A program made the translations under genes and the position numbers. This document shows, one piece after another, positions 38,503-49,400 of a stretch of DNA of 64,000 bases (the first letter of the stretch is position 1; each line of letters starts with the position of its first letter). Origin of the DNA: a virus. Below the pieces are notes generated by a model. The model searched no databases, was not told the DNA's origin, and worked only from the letters and a program-made list of their open reading frames with translations. Location of the stretch: IMG/VR virus record IMGVR_UViG_3300028008_000005, positions 50,690-114,689 of that record. One strand, 5' to 3'.

Positions 38503-40467
38503 ATGTCACGTAGATTCTGGTTAGGTACTCCAAAAGGGCAGTACACGTCAGCTGTTACTAGCTTTCTTACATCTAGACTGACTAATACAACTTTTAATAC
38601 TTCAGCTCCTACGCTAACTCCTACTACTTTTATAACACAGTGGTATACACCTACACCTACGTCAAATTTAACGACTACAACCTATAACACCTTATTTACT
38701 GATCCTGGTATTGATACTGAATACTCAAGCTCTTTTATAACAAATTATATTACTAACTTTGCGAATGTTGTACCAACTGCGTTTGCTGAAACCACAATAT
38801 ATTCCCCGACTAGTAATCAAACGTTTAAGGGTAATTATAACACAGATATTTCTACAACTATAAGTCCTGGCACAACACAATATACTGTGCCTACTACATC
38901 TACTAGTTTTACATCTGGCACAACACAATATACTGTGCCTACTACATCTACTAGTTTTACACCTGGTACAACACAATATACTGTGCCTACTACATCTACT
39001 AGTTTTACACCAACGGCAACTGTGTACACTAGTTATACGCCAACGGCAACTGTGTACACTAGTTATACCCCAACTCCAACTAATTATACTTATTTTTATA
39101 CCTATCCCACTCAATATTTACAACCAACTAGTCATCCTACAATTAGCACTACTTACGTTACTCAGGATATTTATCAGCCCACAGAATATTCACAAAATAC
39201 GACTGTTGCTGGATATTTCTATACTACATTTACAACGACAACAACATCATATACATATCCCGATTCTGCATCCGGATGCTACCTATATAATGTAGACGGA
39301 TCGCCGGCCGGTACATCAGGAGACACGGTACCAAGTAACTGCTCTATTGTATCTTGTACTCCGGCCCCCAACGGCGATACATATTCTACTGGAAATGTAT
39401 TTACTGATTATCCTTATTCTCAAGCAACCTTTTATGTGTCAACATATATTTCTACACAAACAACATATACCACAACATCTTCAAACACTTACGTGGGAAA
39501 CGGCCTAGGTGCTCCCCCGTTTGGGGGTTGTTATCCAGAAATAGATGCAGCCGAATATTGCGCAAGTCCTGAGTCTAACTGTTATCCTTGTGCGATCTAT
39601 GAGGTTACTTCCACAATCGCCACGTCATATGCTAATTACCCTGTTAGTGTTACAGTATATTATAATTCAGGTTATACCCTTCCTCAGTATACACAAGTTA
39701 CTTATTTATCAGCATCTTGTCTAGATTGTAGTTTAACGTGTAATACCACTGAGGAGATTATCGCTGCTAATCCAACTGGAGGATACGTAGCACCTAGCTC
39801 TAGAAATACATCTTATAATGTAAATACAGTTATCGGTAACACAATTAATACTAATTTAACGCCCACTGAAACATACTATGATTCCGGTTATTATGTTAAT
39901 ACCCAGGGTGAGGGATATAATGTTACTTCAACGCAGTATACCAGCTTTACCCCAGGTACAACGCAGTATACTAACCTTACACCAGGTTCAACGCAGTATA
40001 CTAACCTTACACCAGTTCAAGAAACAAGGTTTGATCCAACAACATATACTAGTTTTACAACAGTTCAAGAAACAAGGTTTGATCCAACGACATATACTAA
40101 CCTTACACCAGTTCAAGAAACAAGGTTTGATCCAACGACATATACCAGTTTTTCTACTACTGTTAGCTCCTTATTGGAAACTACTACATATCAAACTGAA
40201 ACAGGTATAACAACGTCGTTTAGAGATACTGATTATCCTACTAGTAATCCTACTTCAAAAACGACTACAACTACTTTCTTACAGAATACAGGTGCTACTT
40301 CATATGAGGTTCCAACGTCGAATCAGACTACAACTACATATGATACCGATACTTTAACCCAGCAAGAAACATCAAGAGATACCGAGGTTATTACAACTTG
40401 GTTAACAGATGATGACATAACAACATCATTTACGACTTCTAGGTCTACGACCTGGTTCACGCAATAA
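38503..40467 (+). CDS. Thr/Tyr-rich fibre-like protein with mirrored repeat arrays and a central Cys-rich domain
   Basis: 654 aa; repeats detailed in the findings; lies in the fibre cluster; AAGGA RBS. Confidence 0.75.
   Translation: MSRRFWLGTPKGQYTSAVTSFLTSRLTNTTFNTSAPTLTPTTFITQWYTPTPTSNLTTTTYNTLFTDPGIDTEYSSSFITNYITNFANVVPTAFAETTIYSPTSNQTFKGNYNTDISTTISPGTTQYTVPTTSTSFTSGTTQYTVPTTSTSFTPGTTQYTVPTTSTSFTPTATVYTSYTPTATVYTSYTPTPTNYTYFYTYPTQYLQPTSHPTISTTYVTQDIYQPTEYSQNTTVAGYFYTTFTTTTTSYTYPDSASGCYLYNVDGSPAGTSGDTVPSNCSIVSCTPAPNGDTYSTGNVFTDYPYSQATFYVSTYISTQTTYTTTSSNTYVGNGLGAPPFGGCYPEIDAAEYCASPESNCYPCAIYEVTSTIATSYANYPVSVTVYYNSGYTLPQYTQVTYLSASCLDCSLTCNTTEEIIAANPTGGYVAPSSRNTSYNVNTVIGNTINTNLTPTETYYDSGYYVNTQGEGYNVTSTQYTSFTPGTTQYTNLTPGSTQYTNLTPVQETRFDPTTYTSFTTVQETRFDPTTYTNLTPVQETRFDPTTYTSFSTTVSSLLETTTYQTETGITTSFRDTDYPTSNPTSKTTTTTFLQNTGATSYEVPTSNQTTTTYDTDTLTQQETSRDTEVITTWLTDDDITTSFTTSRSTTWFTQ
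38866..39099 (+). repeat. Coding tandem repeats: 3 x 48 bp, then 3 x 30 bp (third copy degenerate)
   Basis: PGTTQYTVPTTSTSFT x3; PTATVYTSYT x2 plus PTPTNYTYFY. Confidence 0.9.
39922..40155 (+). repeat. Coding tandem repeats: 3 x 30 bp, then 3 x 48 bp
   Basis: VTSTQYTSFT, PGTTQYTNLT, PGSTQYTNLT; then (P/T)VQETRFDPTTYT(SF/NL)(T/S) x3. Confidence 0.9.
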
Positions 40468-40477
40468 GGAGCATTAA

Positions 40478-40987
40478 ATGTTATATGCAAGAATAAACAA
40501 AGAAACTGACGAGGTCTTAGAGTTTCCCATAACAGAAAAAGAGCTTCGCAATGCTCTTTTAAACACCTCTCTGCCATCTAAAATTACCTCAATGACCCTA
40601 GCTGGTACTGCTTATGTATTGGTTCCCCCGATTCATCCAGATCAGCTTACTGTTCAGGCAACTGCTGAAATGGCTATTGAGCCTGTTGGTTGTTCAAAAG
40701 ATCCTGAAACAAAAGTCTGGATAAGAGAATATGGATTGGTAGAAGTACCTGAAGGTGGTCGTTTACAAAGGCTTGCCGGCCGATGGAATTATATACGAAC
40801 AAGAAGGGATAGAGTTCTTAGGGCTATCGATTGGAGAGTAATAAGAAACCAAAGAGAGATTGCTTTAGGCCTTACTCCTACAGACGATATAGATACTCTA
40901 TATGCTAAGGCACAAGAGATGGCTGATATTACAGATTCACATGAAGATCCGTTCTTAATTGATGCTAGTACTATAACTATAGAATAA
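40478..40987 (+). CDS. Tail fibre assembly chaperone-like protein
   Basis: W..IR..RD..L...DW...Q..ADIT C-terminal motif; directly follows the fibre gene. Confidence 0.65.
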   Translation: MLYARINKETDEVLEFPITEKELRNALLNTSLPSKITSMTLAGTAYVLVPPIHPDQLTVQATAEMAIEPVGCSKDPETKVWIREYGLVEVPEGGRLQRLAGRWNYIRTRRDRVLRAIDWRVIRNQREIALGLTPTDDIDTLYAKAQEMADITDSHEDPFLIDASTITIE

Positions 40988-41021
40988 AAATACTTTTTGT
41001 TATTTTTGATAAGGTAATACT

Positions 41022-42065
41022 ATGGAAGTAAAAACAAATATGGACCCGTATGCGGCTTATTCTCCTGCAAAGGAAGAAAAAAAGCCTAAGATTGAACCTA
41101 AAATTGCCCCTCGATTATCTGATCAGCTTATGTCTGACGAAAAGACGTTCGGTTCTGGTAAGATAGGTCCATATATCTCAAGATCTAAAAGAAACAATTG
41201 GGCTACTGATCAAGAAGCTACTCTTCGCGAAAAGTGCCCAGATTTCTATTATATCTCCTATGATGTTTCAGCAAATCAACCTAACAACTTCTCAGAATAT
41301 TGCTACACTGAATTCCCAGCTGGTGGACTTTATAGTTCCACACAATCACGCGAGATTAATTGCAGATTAATTGATTTTGCATCTAAGGAAGAATCAGGTT
41401 TAAAAGGAGAAGAAGCCCTTACTCATTTTATTGATTCCCTGTCTGATAAATACGATCTTCTTGATATAGAAGAAAAATATCAAGGTATAAATCATGTTGT
41501 CTTTATGCCAGGTCATAATCTTTTAGACTTAGCTGATGTTGACTATGTCCTAAGACTTATAAATGAAACCGATGATGTATATCTTAAGCCACACCCTCTA
41601 ACTGTAGGTGATGCAGTTCACGGTTTAGCCGGTAGAGTTGGATGGAATAAAATCTTGCCAAAGGATGCTTCTGGTGTAAAGTTACTTCAAAACTGTACCC
41701 ATGTTTATACAACAACTGCATCTGAATTCTCTATTACTGGAGCTGCTCTTGGTAAGGCTGTTATTAATATCTCTAAATATCAATCAGAGGGAGCTGGAGT
41801 ATATCAACCATTCTCGAGAGTATTAACGATTGCCCAAAGACGTCATGGCACTGAAGAAGCAAAAAGGTTACTAGGTAATATACTGGCATGTAAGTGGTCT
41901 GGCCTCTATTTTGAGTGGCAGGATGATGTCGAGGAAAGAATGGATGCTTACTTTACTAAAACCCAAGAGCTTCGCGAGCTGTACCGCCCATTAGCACAGG
42001 GTCGTGGCGATATTGATAAAGGTGCTAAAAAAGTCCCAGTTAAGGCTGTAGCTGGAAAGAAATAA
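41022..42065 (+). CDS. Hypothetical protein, possibly a GT-B glycosyltransferase (KpsC/KpsS-like C-terminal half)
   Basis: YLKPHP motif followed by LL..C..VYT..SE....A.LGK.V. Confidence 0.45.
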   Translation: MEVKTNMDPYAAYSPAKEEKKPKIEPKIAPRLSDQLMSDEKTFGSGKIGPYISRSKRNNWATDQEATLREKCPDFYYISYDVSANQPNNFSEYCYTEFPAGGLYSSTQSREINCRLIDFASKEESGLKGEEALTHFIDSLSDKYDLLDIEEKYQGINHVVFMPGHNLLDLADVDYVLRLINETDDVYLKPHPLTVGDAVHGLAGRVGWNKILPKDASGVKLLQNCTHVYTTTASEFSITGAALGKAVINISKYQSEGAGVYQPFSRVLTIAQRRHGTEEAKRLLGNILACKWSGLYFEWQDDVEERMDAYFTKTQELRELYRPLAQGRGDIDKGAKKVPVKAVAGKK

Positions 42066-42094
42066 ATCATAAATACATGTAAGGAGTCTCCTCC

Positions 42095-42295
42095 ATGTCA
42101 ATAGTGGAAGGTAAAGGACACCCAGAAGTAGCAAGACGAATTGCTCTTTGCGGAAGATGTGTTCATCTTATACCTCATATGAACGTATGTAAAAAGTGCG
42201 GATGCTTTATGCCCGCCAAGACAAGATTATCCGGAGCTCGATGCCCAATAGGTAAATGGGAAAAAATCGAGATAAAAGATATAACAGAAGAATAG
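42095..42295 (+). CDS. Small Cys-rich protein (DUF6171-like)
   Basis: R...C..C......C..CGCFM..K......CP..KW; CATAAATA at 42068. Confidence 0.7.
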   Translation: MSIVEGKGHPEVARRIALCGRCVHLIPHMNVCKKCGCFMPAKTRLSGARCPIGKWEKIEIKDITEE

Positions 42296-42304
42296 GTAAT
42301 AGCA

Positions 42305-42841
42305 ATGGCAGCAAAGATTATACTTAAGAAATCTAATACGCCTACTAGTCAACCAGGTGTATCAGATCTTGAATATGGTGAGCTTGCTATTAACTATGAC
42401 GATGGCATACTGTATTATAAAAATAATGCAGGTGCAGTTGATATTATTGCACGTAAAGCCATTGGTGGTGCATCTGGTATATCAATCACTAGGATATCTA
42501 CTAGCTATACTGCAAGTGGCGGTGATTTCCTCCTTGCCGATACTTCTCTCGGTTCATTTACTCTAACCCTACCATCCGCTCCTACAACAGGATCTTTTGT
42601 TACTATATTTGACGGTGGGTCTTGGACATCTGATCCTCTTATTATAGATCCAGGCCTTCTTAGTATAGATGGTGGTGCAGGCGGAAGTACCATTAATCTA
42701 GAGGTAGGCAACGTAAGGGTAGACTTAGTTTATAATGGGACAACCTGGAAAACCCACATACCAGTTGATCGCCAGTGGGTAGAAAATAGATTAACAGCAT
42801 TTGAGGATGATGTTATAACTTATGCTATAGCTTTAGGTTAG
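42305..42841 (+). CDS. Virion protein with an Mtd_N-like N-terminus
   Basis: I.LK.S......P....L..GELAINY.DG.LYYK; DTS.G.FT.TLP..P..G; C-terminal YAIALG. Confidence 0.7.
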   Translation: MAAKIILKKSNTPTSQPGVSDLEYGELAINYDDGILYYKNNAGAVDIIARKAIGGASGISITRISTSYTASGGDFLLADTSLGSFTLTLPSAPTTGSFVTIFDGGSWTSDPLIIDPGLLSIDGGAGGSTINLEVGNVRVDLVYNGTTWKTHIPVDRQWVENRLTAFEDDVITYAIALG

Positions 42842-42847
42842 AATACG

Positions 42848-42855
42848 TATAAATA
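42848..42855 (+). promoter_or_regulatory. Late promoter TATAAATA
   Basis: Exact consensus, intergenic. Confidence 0.75.
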
Positions 42856-42888
42856 GTAACTATATACTAAGAATCTTAAGTAGAATTT

Positions 42889-43206
42889 ATGTCATCATTC
42901 TCTAACATTTCATCATCAGGAATTGGCACTACGCCAACGACCCTATTTACAGCTACAGAAAAAACTGTAGTGATTGGCTGTAATATGTCAAATGTTATTA
43001 ATCAGATCGTTCCAGTTAGCGTTATATTAAATGATGGTAGTAACGACGTATACATCAAGAAAAACTTTAGAATAGAAAATGGTTTTAATGATGAAATTAT
43101 GAAGGGCAACAAAATAGTATTAGAGATAGGCGATTCAATTAAAGCTTCAGCTGCTGTTGATTCGTCTGTTGATGTAGTTCTATCCCTATTAACAGGAGTT
43201 AATTAA
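42889..43206 (+). CDS. Small virion structural protein
   Basis: VIG...SN ... GNKIVLE.GD.I.....S.D...S motif; follows the late promoter. Confidence 0.7.
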   Translation: MSSFSNISSSGIGTTPTTLFTATEKTVVIGCNMSNVINQIVPVSVILNDGSNDVYIKKNFRIENGFNDEIMKGNKIVLEIGDSIKASAAVDSSVDVVLSLLTGVN

Positions 43207-43463
43207 TGGCTGGAATCGAAGGCGCAGATGACTATCCCGAAGGGTTAGATCTTGCTAATAAAACCTTTTATGGATTTAAACTAAATCCTGACAATGGCGG
43301 ACTAGATGTTCAGCTTATAGACGATGATACCATGGCGGTTTCACTTCCTAACCTACAGGATAAAATCATCGATAAATACGCATATAAACATTGGGTTTGG
43401 TCACAAAATTCCCTTCAGTTCCAGTGGAGCGATAACGGACATTTACAGGTTAAAATAGTATGA
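43206..43463 (+). CDS. Hypothetical protein, 85 aa
   Basis: Translationally coupled on both sides. Confidence 0.7.
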   Translation: MAGIEGADDYPEGLDLANKTFYGFKLNPDNGGLDVQLIDDDTMAVSLPNLQDKIIDKYAYKHWVWSQNSLQFQWSDNGHLQVKIV

Positions 43464-46400
43464 CACAGTTAATAGATTTAGGTAAATTAAGATTTCACTT
43501 TGCGGGTGACTGGGCTTCTGGTACTACCTACGAATCCAATGACATTGTAAAATACGGTGGTAATGTATATGTTTATACGTATGCATTAAAATCTGCTGGT
43601 GTTTTACCTACAGATGACACTCGCTGGGCCTTAATGGTTGAAGGCTTTAGATTCCAGGGTGAATTTGATGTTACTGTTGACTATAAAGTCGGCGATACAG
43701 TAGCACATGGTGGTGTTGTTTATGTTGCTATTGCTGATTCTGTAAACACTACACCACCCAATGCTACATACTGGAGCAAATTCCTTGATGGTATTCAATA
43801 TGAGGGAATTTATGATCCGGTAGGTGTATACCAAAAGAGCGACGTAGTTAACTACGGTGGTTCAATATACATTGCTACACAAGATACATCTGGTAATTTA
43901 CCAACAGATGCTACTTTCTGGAATAAGTTCGTAGAAGGTGTAAGCCCACAAGGCGTATATAACGACGCTACAGCATATGTACCAAACGACTTGGTAGCAT
44001 ACGGCGCTAACATCTACCGAAATAAAATCGAAAGTACTGGCAACGTTCCTTCTAATGTAACATATTGGGAACTTTACATTGGTGGTATTATCTTTACGGG
44101 TACATTTAATCCCGTTACAGAGTACTTTGTAAATGACTTGGTTATTTACGGTAACACAATTTATCGATCACGCCAAACTCAATCTGCTGTACTTCCTACT
44201 GTTACAGCTAACTGGGAATTGCTAACTGGCGGTGTTAACTACTCCGGTAACTGGGACGTTGCTACACAGTATTACATCGGTGATATTGTTGTATATGGTA
44301 ATAACTCTTACCGTGCTACCGTAACTACACTTGGTGCTAATCCAACTGATCTGGTTGATTGGGTATTACAAGCTGGTGCAACATCATATCAAGGCGTATA
44401 TTCTAACGCGACTACTTACTATATTGGCGACTTAGTTAACTATGGTGGTAACGTATATCTTAACATAGCAGAATCAGTTGGCGATGTACCGACAGATACA
44501 AGTCATTGGTCATCATATTCTGCTGGATTCTCCTATCAAGGAGTGTGGTCAAGCGCTACTCAGTATTACATTGCTCAAGTGGTTAACTACGGTGGATCGC
44601 TATACCAAGCTGATGTTGATAATAGCAATACTAATCCTACAGACACAGCGTCATGGAGTAAGATCGTACCAGGCATTAAATCGCTAGGTCCATGGGCAAC
44701 GCTAACAGAATATGCTACAGACGAAGTGGTTACATATGGCGGTAACACGTTTATCGTTCTATTACCACACGCTGCTGGTTCAGACTTTAATGTTGATCTC
44801 GCTGCTGGTAAATGGCAAAAATTTAACTCTGGCATTCGTTGGAGAGGCATTTGGTCATCAGCTACACAATATCTAAAAGATGATGTAGTAAAGGCTGGTT
44901 CATCCTCCTTTATTGCAGGCGAAGATGTAATCGGCGGTAATTCCCCAGCAAGTGATCCTGTTCCACCAGAATGGCTTGGCTTTGCAACAGGTGCTGAAGG
45001 ATTCCTATCAAAAGATGGCGATACAATGTTGGGTTTCCTTACATTGGATGCAGATCCTACTGACGCTTTACATGCGGCAACTAAAGCATATGTAGATCGC
45101 TTTGTTAATGCTACAGATGGTGGTACAGTTGAAGGCCCATTAATATTCGACAACACTTCCTCGGGTGGTGCTGGACTTACCCTGCAGAATGGTGCTGATC
45201 TTACTGTTGATGGTGGTACTGTTACACTTGAAAACGGTGCTACACTTTCAATTGACTCAGCATCAACCCTTGCAGAAGTTACTGTAGACGGTGATATTAA
45301 TCTAAATGGCGGTAACCTAGACACTACGCAGACCTCTATTAATATAGTTAATGCCAACGCTACAACAGTTAATTTTGCAGGTGCGGGTACAGCAGTGAGT
45401 ATTGGTGCTGCTACTGGTACTACAACGATTAATAATAACCTTGTCGTTACAGGTACAACAGCATTTAACGGTGGTACAATTGAGCTTGGCGATGGTGATG
45501 CAGATAACGTTGTGTTTGGTGCTGATGTTAACTCGGCAATTATTCCAAATATTGATGATACCTACGACTTAGGTACTGCTACTAAAGAATGGAAAGATTT
45601 ATTCCTCGACGGTACTGCAAAGATTGATACAGTCGTCGTTGATGAAACTCTAAGTGTTACTGGTAATACCTATCTTACAGGCGAGCTAGATACTGGAATT
45701 GGCGGTACTACATACACTAATACTTCTCTTGATCCAACAGGCTTTGACAACAGCCACGCAACAACACGTGGTGTTATTGAATTCTCTGATAATGGTACAA
45801 GAGTATATTCAATTGGTACCGACGGCGTAGTAACAGAGCGTGAAGATTCTACCTTTGCAACAGGTACTGCTTACTCAACTGCTGCTACTGCAAATACTTT
45901 GGTTATGTATCCAGCAGCTGGTCAGGCTAACTTTACCTACTACGTTAACGGAGTACGCTACGAAAAGACTGCATTAGAGTCAGTTACATTAGCTGGTACA
46001 CCTACACTATATCATTACTTCCACTTTGCTGATGGCGTATTAAGTTCTTCTACTACACGAGACGACGCATCATTAATTAGTAATGCTCAAGTTGCTTCAA
46101 TCTACATTAGTCCATCTAATAATCGTATTACCTATCTTTCAGACGAAAGACATGGTATATCAATTGATGGTGATAGCTTAGTCTATGCTAATAAAGATGG
46201 CCTTGAGGTAATTAGCGGATTTGGTCTAACAGGAACTGCTGGATCAGAGAATTATGTATCTACTTCTGCAGGTGTACTTAGAAATGCAGATCTTAGAATC
46301 GATGCTCCGGTTAAAACAACAAATAAGTTTGCTTCTCGTCTTGCTACAGATTGGAAAATTTCAGACTTCGGCAACACATTAATATCCAACAAGCTAAGTA

Positions 46401-49400
46401 TTCTTGGCTCTGTTACAGTTGATAATGGAGGTTCTGGATATCGTGGTGCAACAACCTCAGCAGTTGTTCAGGGTGATGGCTCGCTCGCAACTGTTGAGCT
46501 GGGTTTCTCTGCTGCTCCTATCGCATCTGTTACTTTAACAGACGGTGGTTATGACTATGCACCTGGAACAACAGCAGCAATCACTGGTGATGGTACTGGA
46601 GCTTTGGTTTCAGTTACAATTCCATTGGGATTTAACCTTGCTACTCAAGCAAGTGGCGGTCTAAATCTTCCCACAAGCGGTAGTGGTTACACTAATCCAC
46701 TTATTACTGTAGTTAACGATCCTAGTGATACAACAGGTACCGGTGCAGTAATATCGCATACTCTAGATTATGGTACTCCAATTGCAGATATCCACATGGA
46801 TGCTCTCGGCTCTGGGTATACTACAGCAACAGCAACAATTACCGGTGATGGTGCTGGCGCAACAGCAACTGTCACCATTACTGCTGGTGCAGTATCAGAT
46901 ATTAACATTACAGATCCTGGTTCTGGATATACTACAGCAACCGTAGATATTACAGGTGACGGAACTGGAGCTTCTGCAACAGTTTACACTCTAAAAAATG
47001 AGATTGTAGATTATCTTATAACCGCGGTAGGCTCTGGGTATACTACAGCTTCGGTAACAATTAACGGTGATGGACACGGAGCTACTGCAACAGCAACAAT
47101 TACAGCTGGTGGTGTGGCTGATATCGTAATTACAGCTGGTGGTCATAGCTATACATACGCTACAATGACTATTACAGGTGATGGTACTGGTGCTACTGCA
47201 GAGCCACGTTTAAGCGGTTACCCAATTGCTTCAATTAGCTTTGCCGATGACGATGCTCGTGGTAAAAACTATACAGCTATTCCTGACGTTACAATCCTCG
47301 AGGATGGGTTTGGTATTGTAAAAGACGGGGGATCACCAAATTCACCAAATGCCCCTACACCAGCAGATATTACAACAGCTCTATCTACGGGTAATACGAT
47401 CGAGGCACTTACTCTAGATTCTGCTGGCACAGGATATACCACAGCTGTATTAGGTCTTTCTAATATTGGCGATGGAAACGGTGCATCTTTTGATTCTTCA
47501 ACAGAACCAAGCAGTATTCTATCTGTTACCGTAACAAACGGTGGTAAGCAATATACCTATGCAGATATTATTATTACTTCCCCAACAGGATCAGGAGCGA
47601 CCTTTACCTCAAACCTAACTCCTGTACCTCAGTTTAACGAAAAGACTGCTGGACAATACGATTTTGCTAATATTCCAGCAGATAAGTTTACAACTACATA
47701 CTTTGTAGCTATCAATGGCGTTGATAATGTAATTAAGATACCAAGCGAATATATCTTTGATAGTATCGTAGAAGCTTACATGAAAGCTACTCCGGAGATC
47801 GAAGAGCTAAAAACATATGGACTACCTTTTGAAAAGTACGAGTTTATCGGCTTCTCTATTCTTAATCACCTTGGTGAAATCCAGACAATGTCTGATACCA
47901 ATCAAGGCGATGTAGTTTACTATGACTTAACTGCTAGAATCGCAACGGACTTAGTAGAAGATCAAGTTGGGGACGTTGGCGTAGCTGGTAGATCACTAAC
48001 AGTTACAAACTCAGGAACATCTGCTCAGTTTATTGGTGCTACTGAATCTGATAAAGTATACTACGTTGCTCCACATGGTGTAGATGCTTTACATTCTGGT
48101 AGAAACCAATCAACACCATTTGCTTCAATCAAGTATGCCTGTGAGCAAGCAGGCGATAATGCTACAATCTTTGTTAAGACTGGTTCTTATACAGAGGAAC
48201 TTCCAATTGTAGTAGGAAGTAATACAGCGGTAGTGGGTGATAACCAACGTACAGTATTAGTACACGCTGCATCAGGCTTTGAGACTGGTACAATGTGGAA
48301 GTTATCTAACGGTGCTATCCTGAACAAAATGACGTTTAAGGGTATGACCGGTTGGGTAGCTGGTTCTACTCCAGATGATATTACTACATCAACACCAGCT
48401 GGTATCGCGGTAGCATTTAACGAGCTATCTCCTATCTCTACCAAGTCACCATATGTACTAGAATGCTCATTTATTGGATCTGGTGGTATTGGCGCATATG
48501 TAGATGGTACGCTTCACGGAAGCGGTAATAAGAGTATGATCTTCCACGGTTATACTATTATCTCTGACAACGGTGTAGGCTATTGGGTTGATAACGGCGG
48601 TTTAGCAGAACTTGTATCTAACTTTACATACTTTTGTTACTTTGGTTACACATGTACAAATGGTTCAGAAATTCGTTCACTTAACGGTAACTGCTCATAC
48701 GGTACATACGGTGCATCATCAAGCGGTTTTGATGCTGCAGAAGTACCTCTAACTGGTACTCTTGTAGGTCAAGAGCTTAACGCAGTATACATCTCCGGAA
48801 CAGTAAACGTCGGCGATACTATTACAGAAGATATAACAGGTGCTACTGCTACAGTATTAAACGTACAGTATTCAGCTGATAAAGTCTATGTCGAAAATGT
48901 TTCAGGAACATTTACCCCTGGTAATAACTGCACAACATCAAGCGGCGCTGTCTTTACAGTAGACCTTGGCGGTGCACAAGACGTACGAGGATTTATCCTA
49001 ATTGTTACAGGCCTTGCTGCTGAGCCAAAACCAGGCGGTAGTATATCTCTTACCGATGACAGTATCTCTTATGTAATTCAGAGTGTATCTGGAACATATG
49101 TAGATAATACATCAAATATGATAGTTGTTCTTTCTCAAGAGAAACCTACAGGATCTGCTGAAGGCGTTGCTACTACAGTTCGTTATAACTATTCACAAGT
49201 ACGTTTGACAGGTCACGATTTCCTACAGATTGGTACTGGTGGTACAGTTACAACAAACCATCCGAACGAGCCTACTCAACCACCTGCTCAAGGTAATGAG
49301 ATTCAGGAAACGTTCCCAGGTCGTGTATACTACGTGTCTACTGACCAAAACGGTAACTTTAGAGTTGGTGAATTCTTTAAGATTGATCAGGCAACAGGTA

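Noticed and set aside
38866-40155. 48-bp and 30-bp tandem repeats as a possible CRISPR array
   Set aside because: There are no unique spacers, the unit lengths are multiples of three, and they are in frame within a CDS.
44587-45357. 256-aa minus-strand ORF and the many other short antisense or alternate-frame ORFs in the track
   Set aside because: They are nested in well-supported genes, with no RBS or motifs, and are explained by codon bias of the real strand.
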